This document shows positions 63,089 to 64,000 of a stretch of DNA of 64,000 nucleotides, one piece after another; positions within the stretch are counted from its first letter, which is position 1; every line of letters starts with the position of its first letter. The stretch comes from an uncultured Gemmatimonadales bacterium (GTDB lineage: Bacteria; Gemmatimonadota; Gemmatimonadetes; Gemmatimonadales; GWC2-71-9), in assembly GCA_963695555.1 (NCBI GenBank), contig CAVOGR010000003.1, positions 21,730 to 85,729 of the forward strand. Reading direction: 5' to 3'. A model generated the notes under the pieces. It worked only from the letters and a program-made list of their open reading frames with translations, searched no databases and had not been told where the DNA came from. The position numbers were made by a program, and so were the translations under genes.

Positions 63089-63913
63089 ATGCCCCACGAC
63101 AGCGAGTGGAGAGAGACCCTCTACCAGATCATCTTCGGCCACGACACGCCCAGCGGGAGGCGCTTCGACGTCGTCCTCATCGTGGCCATCCTGGCGAGCG
63201 TCTTGGCGGTGATCCTCGACTCGGTCCAGACCATCCACACTCGATACGGTTCGCTGCTCTACGCCATCGAGTGGGGCTTCACGATCCTGTTCACCATCGA
63301 GTATCTCCTCCGGCTCAGCTGCGCACGGAGCCCCGGACGCTACGCGACAAGCTTCTTCGGAGTCATCGACCTGGTCGCCATCCTTCCCACATACGTCAGC
63401 ATCTTCATTCCCGGCAGCCAGGCCTTTCTCGTTATCAGGGTCCTGCGGGTTCTCCGGGTGTTCCGAGTCCTCAAGCTGGTGGAATACCTCGGTGAGGCCG
63501 ATGTGCTCATAGCTGCTCTCCGGGAAAGCCGGCGGAAGATCACCGTGTTCATCCTCGCCGTGCTGGCGCTCGCGGTAATTCTGGGCTCTCTGATGTACGT
63601 GGTGGAGGGGTCGGCCAATGGATACACCAGCATCCCGCGGAGCATCTACTGGGCCATCGTGACCCTCACGACGGTCGGCTACGGCGATATCTCGCCGCAG
63701 ACCAACCTGGGACAGATGGTTGCCGCGGCGATCATGATGCTGGGCTACGCCATCATCGCCATACCCACCGGCATCGTGACCATGGAGTTGTCCCGGGTGC
63801 GGGGCCGGCCGGCCGAGTCACGCCGGTGCGCCGATTGCGGCGAGGGTGGCCACGATCCCGACGCCAACCACTGCAAGTGGTGCGGCGCCCGCCTGGCGGC
63901 CCGCTCCCAGTAG
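63089..63913 (+). CDS. Voltage-gated potassium channel-like ion transporter
   Basis: S4 RVLRVLRVFRVLKL, pore TTVGYGD, C-terminal CxxC..CxxC. Confidence 0.92.
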   Translation: MPHDSEWRETLYQIIFGHDTPSGRRFDVVLIVAILASVLAVILDSVQTIHTRYGSLLYAIEWGFTILFTIEYLLRLSCARSPGRYATSFFGVIDLVAILPTYVSIFIPGSQAFLVIRVLRVLRVFRVLKLVEYLGEADVLIAALRESRRKITVFILAVLALAVILGSLMYVVEGSANGYTSIPRSIYWAIVTLTTVGYGDISPQTNLGQMVAAAIMMLGYAIIAIPTGIVTMELSRVRGRPAESRRCADCGEGGHDPDANHCKWCGARLAARSQ

Positions 63914-64000
63914 CCCCAATAGATAATGCAATACATGAAGTATGGGCCGTAACCTCTTGCTATCTAATGGCTACGGACAATAAGCCGTGGATTCGATCTT

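Overview
GC-rich bacterial window. The gene content and protein styles suggest Gemmatimonadota, but that is inference. About 1-20 kb is core genome on the minus strand: uppP, bshA, miaA, mutL, a MoxR/Bat operon, rluB, scpBA, pyrRBC, msrPQ and tRNA-Ser(GGA), plus rpsT on the plus strand. About 20-48 kb is accessory. It holds exported glycoside hydrolases with galM; a stand-alone Y1 (IS200-type) transposase flanked by inverted double-hairpin REP-like repeats, with a solo copy about 17 kb away; and an oxidative glycoside-catabolism cluster with ApbE/DoxX. It also holds the most notable module: ECF sigma / zf-HC2 anti-sigma / exported TPR-CHAT (caspase-like) protease, flanked by two uncharacterised lipoproteins. 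Three transcription units of that module share a bipartite motif GCGCAC-N14/15-ATCCGTnnCAT that looks like the cognate ECF promoter. An acyltransferase-3 gene runs in frame into a truncated AAA ATPase. About 48-64 kb carries trehalose genes (otsA, treT, otsB, glk), eda, an M14 peptidase, lhgO, methyltransferases and a K+ channel. Many genes in blocks (~17-20, 28-28.7, 30.4-47.6, 52.6 and 54.4 kb) are frameshifted, most plausibly from long-read consensus errors. Intergenic regions repeatedly carry 7- and 8-nt tandem repeats. No CRISPR array or rRNA was seen.
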